This document shows positions 14,183-23,482 of a stretch of DNA of 32,000 nucleotides, in pieces. The notes under the pieces were generated by a model. The model worked only from the letters and a program-made list of their open reading frames with translations, did not search any database and was not told where the DNA came from. Positions within the stretch are counted from its first letter, which is position 1. Each line of letters opens with the position of its first letter. This stretch comes from Parasynechococcus marenigrum WH 8102 (GTDB lineage Bacteria; Cyanobacteriota; Cyanobacteriia; PCC-6307; Cyanobiaceae): the NCBI RefSeq assembly GCF_000195975.1, contig NC_005070.1, positions 1,410,001 to 1,442,000 on the forward strand. Direction: 5' to 3'. The position numbers were made by a program, and so were the translations under genes.

Positions 14183-14693
14183 TCCAGCCAATCCCCTGGA
14201 GGGATTGACCAGGCGGCAGCTGCAGGGTCTGCACAACCTGCTGGGCGACGTGCGCAGCTCACTGGCCTGGTCGTGGCAGCTTCCTGTGCTGATCCGACAA
14301 CGCTGCTGGCTTCGCTTGGAAATGATTGAGCTGGGCAACTTGCACCGCTGGTTGCCACCTGATGGCTGTGAAGAGGCCCCGGAACTGTGCCGCTACCGCG
14401 AGCTGGTGGCGCAGGGATGGTCGCCGCTGCAGGCCCAGGAACAGTGCTGGCGGGAATTCGGGGACGATGACTGTCGCACTGCCCTGCAACGGTTCTGGGC
14501 CAGTCAGCAGGATCGGAAGCACGACTGGACCGTCCAGCGATATCTGGCCTTGATCAGCTGCTATCGGCGCTCCATCGAAGCGGGTGTGGCCACCATCCCG
14601 ATGCTGGTGCTGCCCCGAGCTGGGGGAGCGACAGATCATCAGCTGCACTGGGTTTCGGACAGCACACCGTCGATGCGGCACACTTGCGCCTGA
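14175..14693 (+). CDS. Hypothetical Trp/Cys-rich protein, 172 aa
   Basis: The ATG at 14175 overlaps the CDF stop (ATGGTTGA). The ORF-track start at 14142 would overlap it by 41 nt. Confidence 0.6.
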   Translation: MVDPANPLEGLTRRQLQGLHNLLGDVRSSLAWSWQLPVLIRQRCWLRLEMIELGNLHRWLPPDGCEEAPELCRYRELVAQGWSPLQAQEQCWREFGDDDCRTALQRFWASQQDRKHDWTVQRYLALISCYRRSIEAGVATIPMLVLPRAGGATDHQLHWVSDSTPSMRHTCA

Positions 14694-14709
14694 TTCCAGG
14701 CCACGGGCC

Positions 14710-15294
14710 ATGAGTGATTCCTACGGCGAGCCCCAACAGCAGGGGGCTCAAGGCGACGGTTCCCGCGGTGACGGTTACCGCGGTGAAGGTGGTCGAGGCG
14801 GCGGCCGTGGCGGCCGTGGCCCTGGCAACCGCGAAGGCGGTGGGTTCCGCATCCGCCTGAGCGAGAACGAAATGCGTTCTGCCCGTGCGCTGCAGGAGGC
14901 CTTCAACCTTCGCTCCACCGTGGCTGTTCTCGGTTTCGCCTTGCGAACCCTGGGTCAGATGCTGGAAGACGGTCAGTTGGATGAGCTGATCGAACAGCAA
15001 CGCAATCAGGCCCCACGAGGCCGCCGCGAGGGCGGTGGACGTGATGGTGGCGGTCGAGACGGTGGCGGTCGCGGGCGGCGCTCGGATGATGATCGCCAAG
15101 GCGGTCGTGGCTCCCGCCCCGATCCTTTCGCTCGCCCCGCCAAGCCTCAACCCGAACCGGAGCCGACGCCGGAACCGGAATCGACCCCCGAAGAAGCGAC
15201 GCCATCAGACGCTCCCGCAGAGGACACACCAGCGGAGGCTTCGACAGACCTTCCCAACGAGGAGGAGTCCAAAGCAGCAACCCCTGAGGCCTGA
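14710..15294 (+). CDS. RGG/Gly-Arg-rich low-complexity protein with a short folded core and an acidic Pro/Glu/Thr tail, 194 aa
   Basis: ATG at 14710 (the ORF-track start at 14584 is GTG inside the previous gene). Sequence runs RGGGRGGRG ... FRIRLSENEMRSARALQEAFNLRSTVAVLGFALRTLGQML ... GGRDGGGRDGGGRGRR ... PQPEPEPTPEPESTPEE. Confidence 0.7.
   Translation: MSDSYGEPQQQGAQGDGSRGDGYRGEGGRGGGRGGRGPGNREGGGFRIRLSENEMRSARALQEAFNLRSTVAVLGFALRTLGQMLEDGQLDELIEQQRNQAPRGRREGGGRDGGGRDGGGRGRRSDDDRQGGRGSRPDPFARPAKPQPEPEPTPEPESTPEEATPSDAPAEDTPAEASTDLPNEEESKAATPEA
15031..15075 (+). repeat. Imperfect 3 x 15-nt in-frame tandem repeat encoding GGGRD/GGGRD/GGGRG
   Basis: GGCGGTGGACGTGAT / GGTGGCGGTCGAGAC / GGTGGCGGTCGCGGG. 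A second 2 x 9-nt repeat GGCGGCCGT lies at 14800-14817. Confidence 0.7.
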
Positions 15295-15297
15295 TCC

Positions 15298-16311
15298 ATG
15301 GGGAGACCGAGGGTTCTCTCCGGTGTGCAGCCGACCGGTGCCTTGCACCTCGGCAACTGGCTTGGAGCGATTCGCAACTGGGTTGATCTCCAGGACACCC
15401 ACGACACCTTTGTGTGCGTGGTTGATCTCCATGCCATCACCGTTCCCCACGACCCGGCCCGGCTAGCGGACGACACCCTCAACACCGCTGCGCTCTATCT
15501 GGCCTGCGGGATGGATCCGCAGCGGTGCTCAATTTTCATCCAGAGTCAAGTCGCCGCCCACAGTGAGCTGTGCTGGCTGCTGAACTGCGTGACACCGCTC
15601 AACTGGTTGGAGCGGATGATTCAGTTCAAGGAAAAGGCCGTGAAACAGGGGGACAACGTCTCCGTCGGCCTTCTGGATTACCCCGTTCTGATGGCGGCAG
15701 ACATCCTTCTCTATGACGCGGACCTCGTTCCAGTCGGGGAAGACCAGAAGCAACACCTGGAGCTGGCGCGTGACATCGCCCAACAGCGGATCAATGCGCG
15801 CTTCGGAAGCGAAGAACGTCCGGTACTGAAGGTACCCAAGCCGCTCATCCTCAAAGAAGGCGCACGGGTGATGAGCCTCACGGATGGACGCAGCAAGATG
15901 AGCAAAAGCGACCCGAACGAGGGCAGCCGCATCACCCTGCTCGACCCGCCTGAACTCATCACCAAAAAGATCAAACGGGCAAAGACCGATCCGAAGCGAG
16001 GTCTCGAATTCTCCAATCCTGACCGTCCGGAAACAGACAATCTCCTGGGTCTCTACGCGATCCTCAGCGGCAAGGGCCGTGAAGCAGCTGCAGACGAGTG
16101 TGCAGACATGGGCTGGGGACAGTTCAAACCCCTTCTGGCTGATGCAGCAGTGGCGGCTCTGGAACCGATTCAGGCTCGCCACAAAGAGCTGATGGCAGAC
16201 CGCGTCGAGCTCGATCGCGTCCTGGCCAAGGGTCGTGATCAAGCTGAATCCGTGGCCAACGCATCGCTGGAACGTGTGAGAGATGCTTTGGGATTCGCGA
16301 AGTGCAGCTGA
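15298..16311 (+). CDS. trpS: Tryptophan--tRNA ligase
   Basis: Class I signatures: GALHLGNWLG (HIGH-type) and KMSKS. 337 aa. Confidence 0.97.
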   Translation: MGRPRVLSGVQPTGALHLGNWLGAIRNWVDLQDTHDTFVCVVDLHAITVPHDPARLADDTLNTAALYLACGMDPQRCSIFIQSQVAAHSELCWLLNCVTPLNWLERMIQFKEKAVKQGDNVSVGLLDYPVLMAADILLYDADLVPVGEDQKQHLELARDIAQQRINARFGSEERPVLKVPKPLILKEGARVMSLTDGRSKMSKSDPNEGSRITLLDPPELITKKIKRAKTDPKRGLEFSNPDRPETDNLLGLYAILSGKGREAAADECADMGWGQFKPLLADAAVAALEPIQARHKELMADRVELDRVLAKGRDQAESVANASLERVRDALGFAKCS

Positions 16312-16326
16312 TTACAGAACGGACTG

Positions 16327-16347
16327 TCGATCAGCGGAGCTGATCGA
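16327..16347 (+). terminator. Hairpin after trpS (TCGATCAGC-gga-GCTGATCGA)
   Basis: Perfect 9-bp stem 16 nt after the trpS stop. No U-tract follows, so terminator function is uncertain. Confidence 0.35.
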
Positions 16348-16544
16348 TGGATCCCCCAAATGACGTCGACTCCTTCCGAACCAGGATCTCAGCGAAACAT
16401 CTGCACACAAGCGAGTCTCGCGCGTCTTGCGAGGTTCTTTTGCCGGCATAAACACACCACAGGGGCTACGTCAAGCCCCTTGAGACCCATCTCGTGTTGA
16501 CACGAGGTCATCCATCAGCTTGTTGAACTCTTTGACACACATGA

Positions 16545-17204
16545 GTGCTCAGGCCATTTCTTCACATCAAAGAATCCTCAACAGTGTTGGCTGTATCAGC
16601 CCCACTGTTCTGTGGAGTCTTGCTGTGTGCCGGAGCCTCGCCGGTTGCCACCGCGACCAGTCTTGGAACGCGCAGCGTTACGGAACTCAAACGCTCTCTG
16701 CTGGCCGACGTTCAAGAACAGGGGCCTTATCGGCTCACTCCTGAGCGGCGCGCTTTGCTGAACACCATTCGCTATGCAGAGGGCACCTGGACCGATGGTG
16801 AAAACAAGGGTTATCGCATCCTCTATGGCGGCAGCCAATTTCACGACCTATCTCGCCATCCACAAAAGGTGGTGGTGAATCGCTACGCCAGCGCTGCAGC
16901 GGGTGCATATCAATTTCTTCCTGCCACGTGGAACGGGCTGGCAGAAGAACTCACTCTTCACAGCTTCGAGCCGAGGTATCAGGACCAGGCCGCACTCCAC
17001 CTGGTGAAGCGTCGTGGAGCTCTCGGTGAAATCGACAGCCGCGGCCTGACGAGGACGGCCATGGCACGACTGGCACCAGAGTGGGCTTCGTTCCCCACCC
17101 GCTCAGGGCGTTCGGCCTACGGCCAACCCGTGAAAAGCCACAGGGAACTGGTGCGTTTTTACGAAGACAACCTGAAACAACTCAAGGATCAACTCGGTGC
17201 CTGA
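16545..17204 (+). CDS. Lambda-R-like lytic transglycosylase/lysozyme (GH104) with an N-terminal signal sequence
   Basis: Collinear with phage lambda R as recalled: LLNTIRYAEGT (lambda: LDMLAWSEGT, catalytic Glu), GY..LYGG..F.DLS.HP, SAAAGAYQFL..TW, QDQAAL.LVKRRGAL. The start is GTG (16545), with an alternative GTG at 16584. Confidence 0.75.
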   Translation: MLRPFLHIKESSTVLAVSAPLFCGVLLCAGASPVATATSLGTRSVTELKRSLLADVQEQGPYRLTPERRALLNTIRYAEGTWTDGENKGYRILYGGSQFHDLSRHPQKVVVNRYASAAAGAYQFLPATWNGLAEELTLHSFEPRYQDQAALHLVKRRGALGEIDSRGLTRTAMARLAPEWASFPTRSGRSAYGQPVKSHRELVRFYEDNLKQLKDQLGA

Positions 17205-17530
17205 TCAGCTCTGGCACCTCCGATCCTTGCGGCCAACCCCCACACCTCCGTGACCAGGCCATGCCAAGGGGTCATGGCTTCCATGGAGACAGCCATCGGC
17301 TGCGATGAAGCCTTCACCAGGGCACGGGTGGCTGCAACGGCGCGTTGTCCTTCCCGGAGACGATCAAGGAATGCCCGCTGATCGTCGTGACTCACCACGG
17401 AGGCGGGACAGTTCTCGAGCAACTGTTCGCCCCGCTGAAACCAATGGTCAAAGTCATCCAGCAAAGACGTCAGCAGTGACTCCATCAGCGCGCCTGCTTC
17501 CTGCTTAAGCGGTGCATCGTCAGCGTTCAT
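17189..17530 (-). CDS. Conserved hypothetical helical protein, 113 aa (possibly DUF2605-like)
   Basis: Internal ATG at 17530 of ORF 17189-17737, which otherwise would overlap thrS. The family name is a weak recollection. Confidence 0.55.
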   Translation of the reverse strand: MNADDAPLKQEAGALMESLLTSLLDDFDHWFQRGEQLLENCPASVVSHDDQRAFLDRLREGQRAVAATRALVKASSQPMAVSMEAMTPWHGLVTEVWGLAARIGGARADQAPS

Positions 17531-17558
17531 TGCATCGTCTTGAACCACGGCCCATAAG

Positions 17559-19394
17559 ATGGCGGGCCCCGACCGCAAACCGGTGAGCAGCGCTGCAGCA
17601 ACCACCCCAGCCCCTTCAGCTCCGGTGGTCCTGCCCAAAACCAGCGAAAGCTCGCAGCTGCTCAAAATCCGCCACTCGATGAGCCATGTGATGGCCATGG
17701 CGGTGCAACAGCTCTTCCCCAAGGCCCGCGTCACCATCGGGCCCTGGACGGAATCCGGGTTCTACTACGACTTCGACAACCCCGATCCCTTCACCGAAGC
17801 CGATCTCAAGGCGATCAAGAAGGGGATGATCAAGATCATTAATAAAAAGGTCCCGCTCGAGCGTGTCGAGGTGACGCGCGCTGAGGCGGAAACCAAGATC
17901 AAGGCCCAGAACGAGCCCTACAAGCTGGAGATCCTGGAAGGCCTCCAGGATCCGATCACCCTCTACACCCTCGGAGAGGACTGGTGGGATCTCTGCGCTG
18001 GCCCCCACGTGGAGCACACCGGCCAGCTCAACGCCAAAGCTTTTGAGCTGGAGAGCGTGGCAGGGGCGTACTGGCGCGGTGATGAAACCAAGGCCCAGTT
18101 GCACCGGATCTACGGCACGGCCTGGGAAACCCCCGAACAACTGGCCGAGCACAAACGCCGCAAGGAAGAGGCCTTGCGCCGGGATCACCGCCGCATCGGA
18201 AAAGACCTGGATCTGTTCTCAATCGAGGATGAAGCTGGTGCTGGATTGGTGTTCTGGCACCCCCGTGGCGCCCGCATGCGTCTGCTGATCGAGGAGTTCT
18301 GGCGCCAGGCTCACTTCGAAGGGGGCTACGAGCTGCTCTACACGCCCCACGTGGCCGACATCAGCCTCTGGAAGACCTCCGGCCACCTCGATTTCTACGC
18401 CGAGAGCATGTTCGGCCCCATGGAGGTGGACGAGCGGGAGTACCAGCTCAAGCCGATGAACTGCCCGTTCCACGTGCTCACCTACGCCAGCAAGCTGCGC
18501 AGCTACAGGGAATTGCCGATCCGCTGGGCCGAGCTGGGCACGGTGTACCGCTACGAGCGGCCGGGCGTGATGCACGGTTTGATGCGTGTGCGCGGCTTTA
18601 CCCAGGACGATGCCCACGTGTTCTGCCTGCCCGAGCAGATCAGCGACGAGATACTGAAGATCCTCGACCTGACTGAGCGGATTCTCTCCACCTTCGATTT
18701 CAACACTTACGAGATCAACCTCTCCACCCGCCCGGAGAAGTCCATCGGCGATGACGCCGTCTGGGACCTCGCCACCAAGGGCCTGATCGAAGCACTGGAA
18801 CGCAAGGGCTGGAAATACAAGATCGATGAAGGTGGCGGTGCCTTTTACGGCCCCAAGATCGACCTCAAGATCGAAGACGCCATCGGCCGGATGTGGCAGT
18901 GCTCCACCATCCAGCTCGATTTCAACCTGCCGGAGCGGTTCAAGCTCGACTACGTTGCTGCTGATGGCAGCAAACAGCGGCCGATCATGATCCACCGGGC
19001 CATCTTCGGCTCGCTGGAACGATTCTTCGGGATCATGACCGAGAACTACGCCGGCGATTACCCCTTCTGGCTGGCCCCTGAGCAGGTGCGGCTGCTGCCG
19101 GTCACCGATGAGGTGCAGCCCTATGCCGAAAGCCTGCTCGACCAGCTCACCCAGGCGGGCGTGCGGGCCACGATCGATCGCAGTGGCGACCGGCTCGGAA
19201 AATTGATCCGCACCGGCGAACAGATGAAGATCCCGGTTCTGGCAGTGATCGGTGCCAAGGAAGCTGAGCAAAACGCCGTGAGCCTGCGCAGCCGCAGGGA
19301 TGGTGATCTAGGTGTGGCGGCTGTGGCCGATTTGCTCCGAGCTGCAGAGAGCGCCAACAGCCAACGTGCCGCAGGGCTGGGGCTGAACGGATGA
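17559..19394 (+). CDS. thrS: Threonine--tRNA ligase (form lacking the N-terminal TGS domain)
   Basis: LKIRHSMSHVMAMAVQ (editing/second additional domain). Class II motifs: FWHPRG, RELPIRWAELGTVYRYE, RVRGFTQDDAHVFC, GGGAFYGPKID. An alternative GTG start lies at 17625. Confidence 0.97.
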   Translation: MAGPDRKPVSSAAATTPAPSAPVVLPKTSESSQLLKIRHSMSHVMAMAVQQLFPKARVTIGPWTESGFYYDFDNPDPFTEADLKAIKKGMIKIINKKVPLERVEVTRAEAETKIKAQNEPYKLEILEGLQDPITLYTLGEDWWDLCAGPHVEHTGQLNAKAFELESVAGAYWRGDETKAQLHRIYGTAWETPEQLAEHKRRKEEALRRDHRRIGKDLDLFSIEDEAGAGLVFWHPRGARMRLLIEEFWRQAHFEGGYELLYTPHVADISLWKTSGHLDFYAESMFGPMEVDEREYQLKPMNCPFHVLTYASKLRSYRELPIRWAELGTVYRYERPGVMHGLMRVRGFTQDDAHVFCLPEQISDEILKILDLTERILSTFDFNTYEINLSTRPEKSIGDDAVWDLATKGLIEALERKGWKYKIDEGGGAFYGPKIDLKIEDAIGRMWQCSTIQLDFNLPERFKLDYVAADGSKQRPIMIHRAIFGSLERFFGIMTENYAGDYPFWLAPEQVRLLPVTDEVQPYAESLLDQLTQAGVRATIDRSGDRLGKLIRTGEQMKIPVLAVIGAKEAEQNAVSLRSRRDGDLGVAAVADLLRAAESANSQRAAGLGLNG

Positions 19395-19783
19395 CCCAGT
19401 CGCCAATCTCCGCCCTCAGCGATCTGGCCCGCCTGCGCGATGCACCGGAGCTCAGCCTGGAGACCTGCAAACGCCTGCGAGCAGAGCTCGCCTCGGCCAT
19501 GGCCAGCTCCATTTGGTTCACCGTCGGTGTGATGGCCCCCTCTGCCAAAAAAGCCCTCGCGGCCCTCAGGGCGCTGGAAACAAGCCAGGGATGGGATCCC
19601 ATGGCAGTTGTTGACGGCACCGACGAAGACGGTCCTGTCTTCCTCAAAGCAAACCAACAAGGTGGATCGGTCCGCATCCGCATTGAACACGGCCTCGGCC
19701 AGGGAATCCTGATCACTGGGCATGGTGAGGACGAGAGCCTGCCCAGCACCACCTGGGGGCCGCTGCCGTTGAACTTTTTTTGA
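19391..19783 (+). CDS. Conserved cyanobacterial hypothetical protein, 130 aa (possibly DUF1824)
   Basis: The ATG overlaps the thrS stop (ATGA). The family name is a weak recollection. Confidence 0.6.
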   Translation: MTQSPISALSDLARLRDAPELSLETCKRLRAELASAMASSIWFTVGVMAPSAKKALAALRALETSQGWDPMAVVDGTDEDGPVFLKANQQGGSVRIRIEHGLGQGILITGHGEDESLPSTTWGPLPLNFF

Positions 19784-19855
19784 TCTGGCACCCTGGATTG
19801 CCCTTCATCCGGATTGGTCGCAGCCTGAGTAGGTGAGCTTCATCCACTCGCTTTG

Positions 19856-20890
19856 ATGCCCCGTCCCACTCTTCTCGCTGGCGACATGGGGGGGACCAAG
19901 ACCCTTCTTGCGCTCTACGACCTCGAGGGTGAAACGCTGATCAAACGTCACCAGCAACGGTTTGTCTCAGCTGATTGGTCATCGCTGGAGCCGATGCTTC
20001 AGGCGTTTGTTGAGGAACGGCCCAAGGACGTCCAGGCGCCAACCCATGGCTGCATCGCCGTGGCAGGCCCTGTTCGCAATCGGCAGGCCCGGATCACCAA
20101 CCTCCCCTGGCAGCTCAAGGAAGAGGATCTGGCTGCCGCCGCAGGGATGCAGCAACTGGAGCTGGTGAACGATTTCGGTGTGCTGATCTACGGCCTGCCT
20201 CACTTCGGCGCGGATCAGCAGGTGGTGCTGCAGGAGGGGAGTCAGGACGACGGGCCCCTGGCCATCCTTGGAGCTGGGACCGGCCTCGGCATGGCTCGAG
20301 GCGTTCGCACCAGCAACGGGCTGATGGCTCTCTCCAGCGAGGGTGGACATCGCGAATTCGCACCGCGCAGCGATGAGGAATGGCAACTGGCCTGCTGGCT
20401 CAAACAGGACCTGGGAGTCGACCGCCTGTCGATCGAGCGGGTGGTGAGCGGCACAGGGCTTGGCCACATCGCCCATTGGCTGCTGCAGCAGCCAGGCGCA
20501 CAATCCCACCCCCTTCGTCCTGTGGCTGAGGCCTGGCGGCGAAATATGGCCAGTGACCTTCCAGCTCAGGTGTCTCTCGCGGCCGAAGAGGGGGACCCTC
20601 TGATGCGACATGCCCTTGACCTGTGGCTGTCGGCCTACGGCTCAGCCACAGGTGACCTGGCCCTGCAGGAACTCTGCAGCGGTGGTCTCTGGGTGGGAGG
20701 CGGCACGGCCTCAAAACAACGCAACGGACTGCAATCCCCGCTGTTCCTTGAGGCAATGCGCGACAAAGGTCGGTTCAAGGACTTCATCAGCGGTCTGAAG
20801 GTCACCGCTGTGATCGATCCGGAGGCTGGTCTGTTCAGCTCTGCCTGCCGAGCACGGATGTTGGCGGAGTCGGGTGGGACACTGGCCTGA
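19856..20890 (+). CDS. glk: Glucokinase (Glk family)
   Basis: LLAGDMGGTKTLLAL (phosphate-1 motif) and LGAGTGLG. Length about 344 aa. The ORF-track start at 19853 is TTG; the ATG one codon later is preferred. Confidence 0.92.
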   Translation: MPRPTLLAGDMGGTKTLLALYDLEGETLIKRHQQRFVSADWSSLEPMLQAFVEERPKDVQAPTHGCIAVAGPVRNRQARITNLPWQLKEEDLAAAAGMQQLELVNDFGVLIYGLPHFGADQQVVLQEGSQDDGPLAILGAGTGLGMARGVRTSNGLMALSSEGGHREFAPRSDEEWQLACWLKQDLGVDRLSIERVVSGTGLGHIAHWLLQQPGAQSHPLRPVAEAWRRNMASDLPAQVSLAAEEGDPLMRHALDLWLSAYGSATGDLALQELCSGGLWVGGGTASKQRNGLQSPLFLEAMRDKGRFKDFISGLKVTAVIDPEAGLFSSACRARMLAESGGTLA

Positions 20891-20904
20891 GCAGACGTTC
20901 AGGG

Positions 20905-21852
20905 ATGTCGCAGCCGCGCATCGGTCAGAAAGTGGTGGTGGATGTTCCGGCGACCACTGCCAACCTCGGACCGGGCTTCGACTGCCTTGGTGCCGCCCTG
21001 GATCTCAACAACCGCTTTGCCATGCGGCGGATCGAAGGCAGCGGTGAGCGATTCGAACTAATTATTGAGGGCACCTATGGTAGTCACTTACGCGGCGGGC
21101 CCGACAACCTCGTCTACCGCGCGGCTCAACGGGTCTGGAAAGCCGCAAACATGGAACCTGTGGCGCTGGAAGCCAGGGTCCGTCTGGCAGTGCCGCCAGC
21201 GAGGGGGCTGGGCAGCAGCGCCACCGCCATCGTCGCCGGACTGATGGGGGCCAATGCGCTCGTCGGTGAACCCCTCAGCAAGGAGAAACTGCTGGAGCTG
21301 GCCATCGACATCGAGGGGCATCCCGACAACGTCGTGCCCTCTTTGCTTGGAGGGCTCTGCATGACCGCCAAGGCTGCCTCTCAGCGGTGGAGGGTGGTGC
21401 GTTGTGAATGGATCAGCAGCGTCAAGGCCGTTGTGGCCATTCCATCGATTCGCCTGAGCACGAGCGAAGCCCGTCGAGCCATGCCGAAGGCGATCCCCGT
21501 CAGCGATGCCGTGGTCAACCTGGGAGCGCTCACCCTGTTACTGCAGGGTCTTCGCACCGGTAATGGTGATCTGATTGCGGATGGCATGCACGACCGCCTG
21601 CATGAGCCTTATCGCTGGCGCCTGATCAAAGGCGGGGATGACGTCAAAGCCGCGGCCCTGGAGGCGGGAGCCTGGGGATGCGCCATCAGTGGGGCTGGGC
21701 CGAGCATCATCGCCCTTTGCGCCGAAGACAAGGGCCAGGCCGTGAGCAGGGCCATGGTCAAGGCCTGGGAAGCTGCCGGCGTGGCCAGCCGGGCTCCTGT
21801 GCTGAATTTGCAGACCTCCGGAAGCCACTGGCAGCCCGCGGATGCTGGGTAG
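20905..21852 (+). CDS. thrB: Homoserine kinase
   Basis: VPATTANLGPGFDCLG and the GHMP motif PPARGLGSSATAIVAG. Confidence 0.95.
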   Translation: MSQPRIGQKVVVDVPATTANLGPGFDCLGAALDLNNRFAMRRIEGSGERFELIIEGTYGSHLRGGPDNLVYRAAQRVWKAANMEPVALEARVRLAVPPARGLGSSATAIVAGLMGANALVGEPLSKEKLLELAIDIEGHPDNVVPSLLGGLCMTAKAASQRWRVVRCEWISSVKAVVAIPSIRLSTSEARRAMPKAIPVSDAVVNLGALTLLLQGLRTGNGDLIADGMHDRLHEPYRWRLIKGGDDVKAAALEAGAWGCAISGAGPSIIALCAEDKGQAVSRAMVKAWEAAGVASRAPVLNLQTSGSHWQPADAG

Positions 21853-21909
21853 TTGTACCCAGATCGCAGAATCAGCCCTGTTAGCTTTGTTAAAGATTGC
21901 GGACGCTGA

Positions 21910-23481
21910 ATGGACTCCGGGCTAGCGACGGACGCAATGGCGGGATCAGCCTTCCCCTGGCTGTCGTTGATTGTTCTGCTTCCAGCGTTCGGAGCACTGC
22001 TGATGCCCCTGATGCCAGGGGACGATGACCATCCCTCACCCTGGCCGCGCAACTTCGCCCTGATCGTCCTGTTCGTGGACCTTCTGTTGATGTTGCTGGT
22101 CTTCAGCACCCGATTTGATCCCAGCTTGAGTGGTTTGCAGCTGGTGGAACGGGTCAGCTGGCTTCCCTCCATCGGCCTCGAGTGGTCCCTTGGGGCGGAT
22201 GGACTTTCCGCACCTCTGGTGGTGCTCAGCGGCTTGGTCACCTTCCTCTCCGTCGCCGCGAGCTGGTCGGTGCAGCGCAAATGCAAGTTGTACTTCGCAT
22301 TGCTGCTGGTGCAGGCGTCAGCCCAGGGTCTGGTCTTCCTGTCACAGGATTTCCTGCTCTTCTTCCTGGCCTGGGAGCTGGAGTTGGTACCGGTTTACCT
22401 GCTGATCGCCATCTGGGGCGGACAGAACCGTCAATACGCCGCCACCAAATTCATCTTGTACACAGCCCTGGCTTCCCTGCTGATCCTGATCAGCGGACTG
22501 GCCCTGGCGTTGTCCGGTGATCAGTTCACCCTGAATCTCACGGAACTGGCCTCCCGTTCCCCAGGCGGCAGCTTCGGCCTTCTCTGTTACCTGGGATTCC
22601 TGGTGGGGTTCGGCGTGAAACTGCCGATGTTCCCTCTTCACACCTGGCTGCCTGATGCCCACGGCGAAGCCAACGCTCCAGTGTCGATGCTGCTGGCGGG
22701 CGTGCTGCTGAAGATGGGCGGCTACGCCCTGTTGCGTTTCAACGTCCAGATGCTGCCGGACGCCCATCTCACCCTGGCTCCTGCGCTGGTGATCCTCGGC
22801 ATCGTCAATATTGTTTATGGCGCCCTGAACGCCTTCGCTCAGGACAATGTCAAGCGTCGGATCGCCTGCAGTTCCGTCAGTCACATGGGTTTTGTGCTGC
22901 TCGGCATCGGGGCCGTGGATGCTCTGGGCATCAGCGGCGCGATGTTGCAGATGGTGAGCCACGGACTGATCGCGGCCGCGATGTTCTTTTTCACCGGCGT
23001 CTTTTACGAGCGCACCAAAACCCTGTCCATTCCGAATATGGGTGGCCTGGCAAAAGCTCTGCCGATCACGTTTGCCTTTTTCCTGGCCAGTTCACTCGCA
23101 TCTCTAGCCCTCCCGGGCATGAGCGGTTTCATCAGTGAAATCACGGTGTTCCTCGGCATCACCAGTCAGGAGGGCTTCACCTCGCTGTTCCGTGCCATCA
23201 CCGTGCTTCTGGCCGCCATCGGCCTGGTGCTGACCCCGATCTATCTGCTGTCGATGTGCAGAAGGGTGTTTTTTGGCCCCAGGATCCCAGCATTGGCCAG
23301 TGTTGAAGACATGCGCCCAAGGGAACTGGTGATCGGCATGAGCCTCCTGGTACCGACCCTGGTGATCGGCATCTGGCCAAGGATCGCCATGGACCTCTAC
23401 GAAGCGTCCACTGACAACCTGGCCACTGACCTGGGCCAGAGGGCTCTGGTGGCCCTGATCGAGCACCTACCCATCGGTTGA
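21910..23481 (+). CDS. ndhD: NAD(P)H-quinone oxidoreductase subunit 4 (NdhD, NuoM family)
   Basis: About 14 TM helices, with [32 protein letters not shown]. An alternative ATG lies at 21937. Confidence 0.93.
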   Translation: MDSGLATDAMAGSAFPWLSLIVLLPAFGALLMPLMPGDDDHPSPWPRNFALIVLFVDLLLMLLVFSTRFDPSLSGLQLVERVSWLPSIGLEWSLGADGLSAPLVVLSGLVTFLSVAASWSVQRKCKLYFALLLVQASAQGLVFLSQDFLLFFLAWELELVPVYLLIAIWGGQNRQYAATKFILYTALASLLILISGLALALSGDQFTLNLTELASRSPGGSFGLLCYLGFLVGFGVKLPMFPLHTWLPDAHGEANAPVSMLLAGVLLKMGGYALLRFNVQMLPDAHLTLAPALVILGIVNIVYGALNAFAQDNVKRRIACSSVSHMGFVLLGIGAVDALGISGAMLQMVSHGLIAAAMFFFTGVFYERTKTLSIPNMGGLAKALPITFAFFLASSLASLALPGMSGFISEITVFLGITSQEGFTSLFRAITVLLAAIGLVLTPIYLLSMCRRVFFGPRIPALASVEDMRPRELVIGMSLLVPTLVIGIWPRIAMDLYEASTDNLATDLGQRALVALIEHLPIG

Positions 23482-23482
23482 G

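Noticed and set aside
15529-16242. 237-aa minus-strand ORF inside trpS
   Set aside because: It is antisense to TrpRS (HIGH and KMSKS motifs present on the plus strand).
18219-19271. 350-aa minus-strand ORF inside thrS
   Set aside because: It is antisense to a full-length ThrRS with all class II motifs. It has low-complexity composition and no motif.
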